From Catajapyx aquilonaris (lineage: Eukaryota): DNA of 43,656 nucleotides. Under the pieces are notes generated by a model, which worked only from the letters and a program-made list of their open reading frames with translations, searched no databases and had not been told where the DNA came from. Positions 1 to 10,234 of this stretch are shown here, in pieces. Each line of letters opens with the position of its first letter. The first letter of the stretch is position 1. Location: assembly GCA_000934665.2 (NCBI GenBank), contig JYFJ02003334.1:1-43656 (forward strand), read 5' to 3'. The translations under genes and the position numbers were made by a program.

Positions 1-85
1 CCTCCCCCATCCCCCTTCCTCACACCCAGCTTCTTCTCCTCCATTGTGCTTTCGCGGCACCAGCTATCCTGAAAACAAATCAGAA

Positions 86-493
86 AGCGAAACTGATTTG
101 GTCAATACAGAAGTGACAGAGCAGAAGAAAATTTGCAACCAGCGTCGAGGGGGAAAAAGAACCGCTATTTTTCAAAGCAGCTTTAAGCAGGAAGCGTTCG
201 GGCCAAAAATAGCGGAAATAGCTGTTAATAATAACCGTTATTTTTCAAAGCATCTTTAAGCAGGAAGCGTTCAGGCCAAAAATAGCGGAAAGAGCTGTTA
301 ATAATAACCGTTATTTTTCAAAGCAGCTTTAAGCAGGAAGCGTTCGGGCCAAAAATAGCGGAAAGAGCTGTTAATAATAACCGTTATTTTTCAAAGCAGC
401 TTTAAGCAGGAAGCGTTCGGGTCAAAAATAGCGGTAATTAATCGCCTCTATCGCTTCAGAAGTCAATTTCGCTCTTTGTTGACAAGTTATGCA
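86..493 (+). repeat. Dispersed repeat family A, copy 1 (internally amplified)
   Basis: AGCGAAACTGATTTGGT..., AAGAACCGCTATTTTTCAAAGCAGCTTTAAGC... and TTCGCTCTTTGTTGACAAGTTATGCA recur co-linearly at 4156-4373. Confidence 0.9.
160..434. repeat. 73-bp tandem repeat, about 3.7 copies
   Basis: TTCAAAGCA starts at 171, 244, 317 and 390 (period 73). Units are nearly identical. Confidence 0.97.
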
Positions 494-2130
494 ACAGAGA
501 GCGGGAATTACAAAAGAAGAACCTGTTTTTGACAATCGGGCCGCAAAAACCGCTACACACATTGTTGTAATTTTATTCGGTTCCAGCTCGCTGAGGGGAT
601 GAATCAATGAAAAAATCCGGGGGAACTTCGATTCTCATTTGATACCCACGCGCCGGCTGATTAATAGACCCAATTATAGCCCATAGTTGGAGGCAAAAAG
701 GCAGCGCATATATCGGCATCCGCAATGGGCGTAACTCATTAATTTCGGTTCAATTAGCCCCCGCGTGTTTGCAATCCGAAACTCAGGAAGGGGGACCCCC
801 CGAAAAAGATGTTTTCATACCAATTTTGTACCCATTTCTTTTTTTTCTTTTTTGGGAAAGAGCATCCTCTTGAACTTGGAGGGAAAGGCAACCGGGGCCA
901 TCAATCAGGGAAGACAGGAAGGTTGTGCTGAGAGACGATTCTGTCACTTTGGATTATTCCTTGTCGCCACATGACTGCTCCCGGTCGCACATTAGTTACG
1001 GGGATTCCCCGCAATTGAATTGGTTTCAAGGTTAGTGTACCAGAGTGTACATACAGGAGGCTACGAAACTGAAGTGTGCCCTAGAGAGAGGCTAGTCAAT
1101 TGCATTGCGATTCCCAACAGATTTGATGTCAAGTTTGTGATTATCTACAGTGTCCCATTGCAGACGCACCCTGTGCAGAACAACGTCAATAAAATACTGT
1201 AGCCGATGCAAATTTTCCTGCACACAAAGGGGATGCTCTGGCCATCTATTTACAATCGGAAGTGCACATTAGCGTCACGTCGTCGCCTGATTAGAGCTGA
1301 GCTATCCCCCCAAAAAAATAAAAAAAAGGGGGCGCTAAGTGAAAACAGTGCACACACTATACCAAAATCTGTGGGTGAGAGACATAAAAACCAACAAAAT
1401 GTGAGCTCCCATACATCCCACCAGTTTGTTCCTCTGCAATAATCAGGTTTATGAGCCTTCCAGCTGAGGGAGTTGTTGAGGGCAAATGAAAAGGCGAGCT
1501 GAATTGCGACCTTTTTTTTTTCTTTTGAGCATTCCGTATACTGGTGCCAAAGAAGCACAAGACTCGGTGGGCTAAGCTCAGATTGAGATCGGATGAGTGT
1601 CGCGACCCACTCCAACTCTTCTTTTCATTCCTTCTTCTCTTGCCTTTTTTTGTCTCTACAAAAGAAGAAACAACTCAGCAGAGATCCCCGTCTTTCCACA
1701 CCCCCATATACCACTCCCTCATTCAACTTTTGTCAACGACAGTTTGGTGCAATTGTATTGTTCCGAGTTGATAACTTCACCAGATTGCGCCGGCACAAAG
1801 TTATGAGCTTGAACCCGTAGCATTAGGTTTTATTGCGCGAAACGCACGTTATTTTTGCTTATTTTTATACTGAAGGTCCGGTTGCACCGTCTCCAGAAAA
1901 CATTTTCCGGCTGTAAAAGAGCCTGAAAAGTTCATTTGTTGTGCTCGACACTAATGACAAACTTTTCTGGAGCTTTTCAAATAGGCCGGAAGCACTGAAC
2001 CCATTAAAACAAACACCGGTTCTGTTATCAATTGCTGGTTTTTAAGCAGTTAAGTTTGCCTAATAACCTTTTAACTAATCAAAAAAACCATCTATAATAT
2101 TAAAATCCTTGCGGGAGTTGGCCGAGCCCT

Positions 2131-2234
2131 CTGATTGGTCTGCCGCATATTGTTACCGCCACCTCCCCATTGGCCCGCGTTCTACTCATGCGCAATGGGG
2201 GTGTAAACAACTCCTGTTGGGTTGCCGGGGAAAC
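2131..2234. promoter_or_regulatory. Promoter-like motif cluster (two reverse CCAAT boxes, forkhead site, RFX X-box)
   Basis: ATTGG at 2134 and 2169, TGTAAACA at 2202-2209, GTTGCCGGGGAAAC at 2221-2234, in a CpG-rich block. Motif matches only. Confidence 0.3.
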
Positions 2235-2420
2235 TGTCCATTACCCGGCGATATGGTGCGCCGTATAGGTACCCCAGGCCGTAGGCCTAGAAAAGAGCGA
2301 GCGTTTTCCTAGTTTCAAAATATAAAGTCTAACATTAAAATAATGCAAATTACATAAAATAAAATATAAAGTAATATAAATACAATAAATAGTATTTATA
2401 GATATAATAACTAATATTAT

Positions 2421-2670
2421 ACCGAAGCAGGTTGGTGTAGGAGATAAGGAGCCCGCCTGCTAATCGGGAGGTCCTGAGTTAGAATCCCTGGGCCGGGAAC
2501 CCTGACCGTGGTTTTCTGTGGTTTCCCATGGTCCCCTCCAGGACAATTCCGGGGTCGTTTCCGTAAAAACAGGCCAGAGCCGCTTCCTTCCTTCCCTAGC
2601 ACTGGTCCCATGCAATGGTGGTAATCCACCCCCCTAAGGGAGCCAAAGGCTCTAGCACAGGGTATGAAAT
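2421..2670 (+). mobile_element. tRNA-derived SINE
   Basis: Pol III A-box-like TGGTGTAGGAG (2433-2443), anticodon arm CCCGC-CTGCTAA-TCGGG, and B-box-like GAGTTAGAATCCC (2476-2488). The body GTGGTTTTCTGTGGTTTCCC...CCAGG...AGGCCAGAGCCGCTTCCTTCC resembles the conserved body I recall from invertebrate SINEs. A-rich tail; sits in an AT-rich tract. Confidence 0.85.
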
Positions 2671-3823
2671 ATTTAAAAAATAAAAAATAACAACTCATAT
2701 TTACATATAATAACTAATACGGTATTTATAGATATAATAAATAATATTCATAGGTATAATAAATATAGATACATAGATGAAGTAAAGAAAGTAAATGAAT
2801 ATTATTTTCTGTTTCCCTTCAGACTTCAGAGAGTATAGAAACCGCCAATAAAATTGCAAATAGGCTTCAAAATTTCCAGTTTTCGGCCTGCATACCGCGC
2901 ACATGCTCTTCTGCGCTCTGACCCTATGCGTCACATGATCCGCGCAGGCGCATTGCGTCCGACGGGTCAGAACACGAAATAAACAGACGACCCTGTGAGC
3001 CAGGTTAGCTCTCCAATAATCCATCCGAGCTCCATTAGGAGATTAAGACAACCGCAACCGACCTCCCCCACCCCCGACCTCCTATCCACCCATCCAACCC
3101 CTCAATAGCCGCTATCGACTGTAAATTATTGGGGCTTATGAGCGCAGCAAGCGTTTAGGCCAACCGAATCAAGGCGGTGATTACCAAACTGGCTCCGATA
3201 AGCCTCGGACCGGAAGGGCTGCCAGATAAGCTGCCGCCTAATTGTTTATCGTCAACAAGTGCAGTGCTGCATACGCTCCATGCTTGCTGGAGGGCATAGG
3301 GCAGTGGGTGGTTGGGTGGGGGGGAACCCCAAAATTATACCCACACGTAAAAGTTGGCAGTCACGAAATGCGGCAGCCGATCGGAATTGCGGACCGCTTT
3401 AAGAACCTCTTTGCTTTTTTTTTAAGAAAGAAAAAAAAATGTGCTCCGGGTCTAACGACTTCCGGGCCTTTTTACCGCCGCTCTGTAGGAACCACGGGGT
3501 TACACCACAACTCTTGGTTTATCTGGAATTACCCACTCGTGCGACACTCACACCCGAAGGCGTCCGACAACCCTTACTCATAAAACCGAGCCTGATGAAT
3601 GGGCCATAGGGCAGGGTCACGTCCAAATGTCGAGTCATTCTCGTTTGGACGAAAACGTGGACGAAAACGTGAAACCTAGATCCACCCACTCTTCAGCGCA
3701 TGCGCGTCCGTCCTACTGTTTGTACCAGTAGCCTATAATACGGACACTAAATTGTCGAGAATTATTTATTTCATTTTATTATTTCATTAACCGTGGAACA
3801 GTGACGTGCCTGAAAGTTACGGC

Positions 3824-4050
3824 AACCGTGACGTGGGGTCTTTTAGGACCCCATCCATATTTTAATTTTTTAACATTTTAATATAATACTTTTCAATGTA
3901 TTGACTAGTATGCAATCATTCTTTGAACAATGCCTAAAATGATCGCTAATTCAATATTATAAACATGCACTTCCTGTTATAAGTTCATTTTAATTATCAT
4001 TTAATGCATTTTAATACCTGTGGGGTCCTAAAAGACCCCACGTTACGGTT
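3824..4050. mobile_element. Non-autonomous DNA transposon (MITE-like) with 30-bp inverted repeats
   Basis: AACCGTGACGTGGGGTCTTTTAGGACCCCA (3824-3853) and TGGGGTCCTAAAAGACCCCACGTTACGGTT (4021-4050) are reverse complements with 1 mismatch, around an AT-rich interior. TTAACCG at 3787 hints at a piggyBac-like outer end, which is not confirmed on the right. Confidence 0.8.
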
Positions 4051-4155
4051 CATTTGATTATTCGTTTATTTTTATTATGCACAAAATTTATTTATTTAAA
4101 AATTTATTTAAATAATAAAATTGATTAAAATAATGATGGGTACCGGTATTACAGT

Positions 4156-4373
4156 AGCGAAACTGATTTGGTAAATACATAAGTGAAAATTTCCAACGAA
4201 AGGACGAACGAATGGTGTCGAGGTGAAAAGAACCGCTATTTTTTCAAAGCAGCTTTAAGCAAGAAGCGTTCGGGTTAAAAATAGCGCAAAAGTGTAAAGA
4301 TCGGCTATTAGTAGCCGCAATTTTTCAAAATCGTTTCAGAAGTTAAATTCGCTCTTTGTTGACAAGTTATGCA
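4156..4373 (+). repeat. Dispersed repeat family A, copy 2 (single internal unit)
   Basis: Co-linear with 86-493 but carries only one copy of the unit that is tandemly repeated there. Confidence 0.9.
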
Positions 4374-6419
4374 GTAGGATGAGCCAGGTTTTTACCTTTT
4401 ATTTTCATTTGAAGGGGGGGAAAAGCTAGTAATTACTCGAATGAACTAACACTTGTAGCAATGTCGACTTCTTGGTTGCATAAACGCGATAGTGGGTAGG
4501 GATAGAGTCCGTGATGGAGTGGAAAGCACAATAATTCGCCTGGGCATTAACAGCCGGGCCGAGGGATATTTACTGTCAGCAAATAGAGAGTAATGAAGCG
4601 GCGTTTGGCTCCGCATCCGCTGTTTATTCGGCCGCAAACTTAGGTCAGGGAAATGCCGGCTGGTTTTGCCAGGGACCAGCAGGATGGTGATGATGCTGCA
4701 GCATCCGAGAGTCCATGAGAGAGACTGGCGCCTCGTCCAGGGACGCTTTTTGTGGGGTCTCGCTAACACCACAGGACCTGTAACAATGCGGGGATCCATT
4801 TGGGACTATTCACCATATAGCCGCTTTTGCCCAAGCGAGCTTTCCTAGTTCGTTTTTAATTGAGATTTAATTGTTGACTGGTGCCAATAAAAGCCTTGGC
4901 TGGGTAAAGGAAATGGCCGGGCAGAAAGTTGAGATTGCCGCGGTGTATACAATTGCAGCATTTCACATCATGATTTTAATTTAAAGCTGTGATAAAACTA
5001 TGAGTGCTAAATAATTTGGTGGTGTTTTCTGACTGCATTTTAGTTTTCCGGATGTTCCAAAAGCGCTTCATGGTGGAGTTTTCTGCATCCTGGCAAGTTT
5101 CAGCTTACGACATACACACACAAAAAAAAGTCTGGCATATGAATCAGCCATTAGGGGAGGATGGGGGGGAAAAAACCTCCAACATAGTTCTTTGAGAGAG
5201 TGCCTGCAGTAATTTATCAAGCGTGCTCTTTCAACTCTGAAGAGGACAAGCGGGAGATAAGGACTACAAAGTACAAACAAGTGAGTGTGCAAAAAAACAC
5301 AGTATCAATTTTTACTGTCCCCTGAGTCGAGCAACACATGAGTCAAGTAGTGCTTGTGGGTTGCATAAAACCCAGGATGAGGCGTTTTAAGTCCGAGCAT
5401 ATTTTGAACTTAGCTTAAGCATTTTTTTTTTTTTTGCAAAAAATAATAAATTACTAGGCATTATGTAGATGGCAGCACTGCATGCGACAGCCACGCCATG
5501 GCGACAACACCACGAACTACATACTTGTCCGCAACATTACTGCAGCGCTTGCAGACACCTAAGAAAATTTCAATTTCTCCTCCTGTAATTGGACATACTA
5601 AACCAGAATTGGATTGGAAGGTCTAGAAGCTAACGGTTCGCAGAGAAATTCCTCCACTTCTGTTCTTTGTCACGCGCTATTCTCGCCCCATTTTCTCAAT
5701 CGATAGGTAACACATTATCATTAAATCTACTTTTTTTTGGTGTGGGGACACTGGTTTTGGAGGACACCATTGCCAAAGTTTAGTCCCAGCCTGTCGCAAT
5801 CCACTTTTTTTTTAAACCTAGAAATAACAGCCTCGCCCTGACAATTTAACCCAATATTTTCAACTAATTAACTGCTCGCGTAGTCAGCACTACATCTAAC
5901 AGTTCCACTCGATGCTCACTGGAAAGGCACATAAATTACCGGCGAACCACCTCTGCACATAGCACAGCCAGCGAGTATGTGTGTGTGTATGTGTGGGTGT
6001 TGTATATATTTTTTATTAGGCTCCGAGGTGCGAGAGCGTCAGTGTCAGTCGACGTCAGGGAGCGCGAAGGTAAACCAATTATTTGGCGGCGCGATAAAGG
6101 CAATTTACACAATGCAGTGTCATTGGCAGGACGGACCACTTAAATCAACACCATGTTTATAGCCCAGGAACCGGACATAAATTCTCGCTGCGAATTACAG
6201 GGTGTTTCAAATGTAGCACGAGCCTGGTTGCTCTTTAACCTATAGTGTAAACATATACTGTTATACGATCACTTGTTTCATATAATTTACATGAAAGATT
6301 TCGTAGCCATGCAAATGAAACACACCAAGTCCAAAAGACCAGTTTGGAAATAATCCACTGAGTAAAGGCAGAAAATCCTGGCTTCCTGGCTCCTTATCAT
6401 AAATCACATGAAGCATACC

Positions 6420-6517
6420 CAGGGCGTTCCAGATTCGTGGGTCACTTTTTCATAACTGCTATGGGGAGATATCAGTTACTGGTATCAAAAAGTGACCCGC
6501 GAATCTGGAACACCCTG
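6420..6517. mobile_element. Short Tc1/mariner-type MITE (CAGGGTG family, internally deleted)
   Basis: CAGGGCGTTCCAGATTCGTGGGTCACTTTTT and AAAAAGTGACCCGCGAATCTGGAACACCCTG form ~31-bp TIRs with 2 mismatches. TA follows the right end. Homologous to 28488-28709. Confidence 0.88.
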
Positions 6518-6528
6518 TACGAGTATAT

Positions 6529-6780
6529 CACTAAAAAATTTCGAGTGTTTCTCCACTCGATTTGAGTGAATTTCACTCTTTCTTCTACTTGATTTGAATC
6601 CCATTATTTTTTAAGGGTGAGAACAGTTGCAAGTAGGCTACAGTTACAGAAAATCACCGGCTCGATCACTTGAGTGAAAATCATTCAAATCGAGTGGAAT
6701 TTTCACTCCAGTGATCGATAATGACAACTCAATCCGAGTGAAACCACCACTCAAATCGAGCGTTTTCTATTTCACTCGAT
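6529..6780. repeat. Cluster of direct and inverted CACTCGATTTGAGTG motifs, probable DNA-transposon remnant
   Basis: CCACTCGATTTGAGTGA (6553-6569) matches the reverse complement of TCATTCAAATCGAGTGG (6681-6697) at 16/17. Further partial copies near 6660, 6735, 6748 and 6773. Confidence 0.65.
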
Positions 6781-6962
6781 GGGTATTTATAAATTGACTT
6801 AACTTGCATTACCACAATATAATAACGTAATCAGATAAAATGAAAAATTCCAATGTACCGGTACGCATATAAAATATAATGTACAATATATAGTATACTA
6901 TTTCATTAAACATTAAACATAAATTACAAATATACAATATATACAAAGTAAATATAGAAATA

Positions 6963-7035
6963 TAGTATAAATATAAGAAATAAGTATGCTGTTTAAATGT
7001 AGTATAAATATAAGAAATAAGTATGCTGTTTAAAT
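6963..7035. repeat. 37-bp tandem duplication in an AT-rich low-complexity tract
   Basis: TAGTATAAATATAAGAAATAAGTATGCTGTTTAAAT occurs at 6963 and 7000. Confidence 0.9.
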
Positions 7036-10000
7036 ATGTAAAAATATAATACTAACTTACACGAAAGTAAATGAAAGTGTATAAATGAATAAAATATCAA
7101 ACATATTAATACGAGTAAGTTGTAATAAATAAAAAGGAACCTAAATATATATAAATAATTTTTATAATGCCGCAGGCCTATAAAAACAATTTTGTTTCTG
7201 GGCACAAACTGTAATAATAAGTTCGGTTGGGCACACCATTTGAAGTGTCAAAACTGCGGTGCAAATGCCTGGCAAAACATCCGGAAGAGCACGTGCCTCA
7301 GCCCCCATCTCTGCCCCGGGGCCAATATGTCCGCAGCCTAATGCGGTCGGACGTTTTGCATTAGGAGGAGCGTCGAGGCCTGGAAATGCCTGGAAGCGGA
7401 GACGCATTCTCCTCAACTTCCCCATCCTCCTCTCCCCATCCCCCCCACTACCAAACTTAGCATTAGAGTTTACAAGCTTTCCAGACCCGTCTCCAGAATG
7501 ATAGCACTGGCTGCGGTTAAGCGCCAATCTGCAAAGTAATCGGGTGGGCGGAACCCATTGTTGCACATTCGCACAAATTCCTCTATTTTTTTTTGTGCAG
7601 AGTCCAGTGGGTTTGAAATTCAGGCCGCGATGGGAAATAACTGGCTGGAGCGAGCGATTTTTGCCAGACGGAGAAAAGGACTTTTTCGCAATCTTGCTTC
7701 CGAATATTTTTTTTGCACTACTCCAGGAAGATGCTGCAGATTTTTTTTTTGCCAAAAGCTGTTTCTATTCTGCGATGCGTGCAGTGCCACTAGTGTGCGG
7801 CACACTGAACACAGGACCGCGAGCGCATTAAGGCTCATTTATCGGGAAATTCCAGAAGCATTTAGAGCTATATAAAAGCTTGGGGGGTAATTTTCCATCA
7901 CTTGCGAATTAAAAGCATGTGAACGAGAGGAGTAATGCGCCATCGCCTATTAATTTCGCATGAAAAGTGCAGGGGGGATGCTGGAAATAAATGGACCTCA
8001 TATTGTATATCAAGCAGGATGGAGATTTTTTTTTCTGGATAACATATAATATGTAAATATTAAAAATCGTGCGGTACAAATATTGCACAATCGTAATGTT
8101 CAAAAAGTACTTTTTCTTCAGAAAAGCAAACCTGAATTTCTTCAGCATCTGATTTCCGCCTTTTTTTTCCATCTTCCTACCCTCTACCTTCCCAAACGAG
8201 AATTTCAAAGGGGGCTACAGGGTCCCTTGCATCTATTGATCTCATTCGGCCGTGTCAAGGACTCTAGGAGACTTCAGTAGTCGAGTATAGGTTCAGTGGA
8301 AAAAAAGGAGAGCTCTTTTATGTCCCCATAGGATGCTCTTCATCGGGCATGGATTCTGTCACACTTTCTTTCATCACAAATACTAGGGTGCTCTTCTTCA
8401 CTCTCAAGGAAACTGGTTGAATATTTTCTTCAAATCGGTTGTGGGCTAACCAAATGAAAATCCGGGAGGGACATTCTTTAGAGGAGCACCGTTTGTTGGG
8501 ACTGTCACGTGACGGAATCTCTCGGGCCTGGTTTTTGTCAATTATTTCCGGACAATGGGGAAGAAAGGACTGGCATTGTTGGAGGGCAATTTGTGGTCGG
8601 GTTTTAGGCGGTGTTTGTTGCTGAAGGTAAGTGGAAATTGGGTGGATGAAAAGGGGGCTTGGATTGATAGTTAAATTGGGGTGTAGGTTATTTATAAGCT
8701 GTTGGATTTGAGAGTGATCATTTTTGATGTACAATTATCAATATTAAACCATGGAATCAGTTACATCAAATTCAAACTGCAAAATGATAAGATATTGCAA
8801 TGTATGAACATATATAGGGTATCACTCCCACTTATGGCTTCAACTTCATTTTTATATACCATCGATGCTGGCGTGAATGATCGATCCGACACTCTTTCAT
8901 GCTGAACATGGGGCGCGACATTTTCCAGCCAAAATCACGGAAGGAATTGCCAACATCACAAGACGTATAGGGGGAAGGAGGGGTAAAAAAAAAAGGAGAG
9001 GGGAGGCCTCTCCCCGTTAAGCTCGTGCCTCGCCTTCACAAATAAATCATGGCCCCGGAGCAATCCAGTGTTGACAATGAAAATTTTATGCCACCGGCCA
9101 ATAAATAAGTGAGCAAGCGGTGTCTCAGAGAGGTCGACAAAAAAAAAAACCCCCAAAAATTCTGCGGTGTACATTGCGCCATCGGGTGCACTTGCTCATT
9201 ATTTTATTACTTAGTGCACCGATTATTTCTGAATGCACTCCTTGTCTTATTATTGAGCATTTTGCATACCCAATTTTTAATAAATAATCAAGCAGGGCTC
9301 ACATGCAAGTATGGGAGCTGATGCATACTTGATATCGTCCCCTCCTCTCCATCACAACCGCTAGTTAGGCCAACCCAGTGTTCCTTATTCCACAAGGGCA
9401 GAAAATGACAGGTTAGACCGCTGATTAGAAGGCGAAACCGCAGCCTTGTGGGGAACCGCACACACAAAAAAAATTTGACCGCCATATTTGGGGAGGTTAG
9501 TGGTGTGGCAAATATAGCGTAACAGCTGCAGATAGATATTCAGTACACAAAAATTATAAAAGAATTTTATCACTGCTATTTTTGCATTTCTGTAAAATAT
9601 CACCGGCAACTGCTATAATCCGAGTTGCAAATGTTCATCTGGTTCTCCCCCACAGAACGGGCATGGCGTATCATTTTATGAGTATTGTCATTATTATGAC
9701 TGTGTGGTGTATAGAAGGCCGCACCCGGTTGGTTGGCTGGGCTAGGCTGATGGCAGAGTGAAAGTTGAACTTTTGCAGCAGCCCATATCCGGGTCTTTAT
9801 TGAAACTGCCGCTCTCAACTTTTGCCACTTCTCCAGTCGTTACCTCGCCGGCTTGTTCTTGGGGCGGCAATTTGGAAGACGACGGCAATGAAAGATAAAG
9901 AAGGCACAAACGGAACGGCGCCCTAGGAGAAAATGGTGGGAGGGGAAGGTGCGGGAGGGCTCAGCTTCCTTACCTTTATATAGGCACGCTAAGTCTTCCG

Positions 10001-10089
10001 TGCCCAATCCAGCCATCAAGTTGCACCCAGCCGAGGAGCCACCCACCCCTTTTTATGCCTCATTGTGCAAAATATGGCCTCTGCGCATG

Positions 10090-10234
10090 CTCCACTTGGA
10101 GCGCCACTGTCGCAAGATGGCGCATCCTCCCTATCTGCACACTCCTGCCACTTTACATCGTGCGAGGGGTAGTGGTACTATCATCTCGGACAAACAAACG
10201 GAAATAGAGACACCCCATTCGTATATACGAATGG
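10090..10234 (+). mobile_element. Repeat family B copy (Helitron/Helentron-like), followed by a 20-bp perfect palindrome
   Basis: AGATGGCGCATCCTCCCT...GCACACTCCTGCC...CGTGCGAG...AGTGGTACTATCATCTCGGACAAACAAACGGAAA is shared with 20821-20942 (minus) and in part with 14324 and 23173-24097. CCATTCGTATATACGAATGG lies at 10215-10234. Class assignment is inference. Confidence 0.75.

Noticed and set aside
160..434. CRISPR-like array
   Set aside because: Units are contiguous near-identical 73-mers with no unique spacers, there are no cas genes, and the context is eukaryotic.
2427..2495. Functional tRNA-Ser(GCT) gene
   Set aside because: T-loop is mutated (GTTAGAA), there is no proper acceptor stem or long variable arm, and it runs straight into a SINE body.
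7162..7755. Longest ORF (197 aa, minus)
   Set aside because: Non-ATG start, Lys runs come from poly-T tracts, no recognisable domain.
8318..8734. 138-aa minus ORF containing VFVMKES, faintly like the Hox hexapeptide region
   Set aside because: Lacks the invariant Trp, and the N-terminal half is low-complexity.
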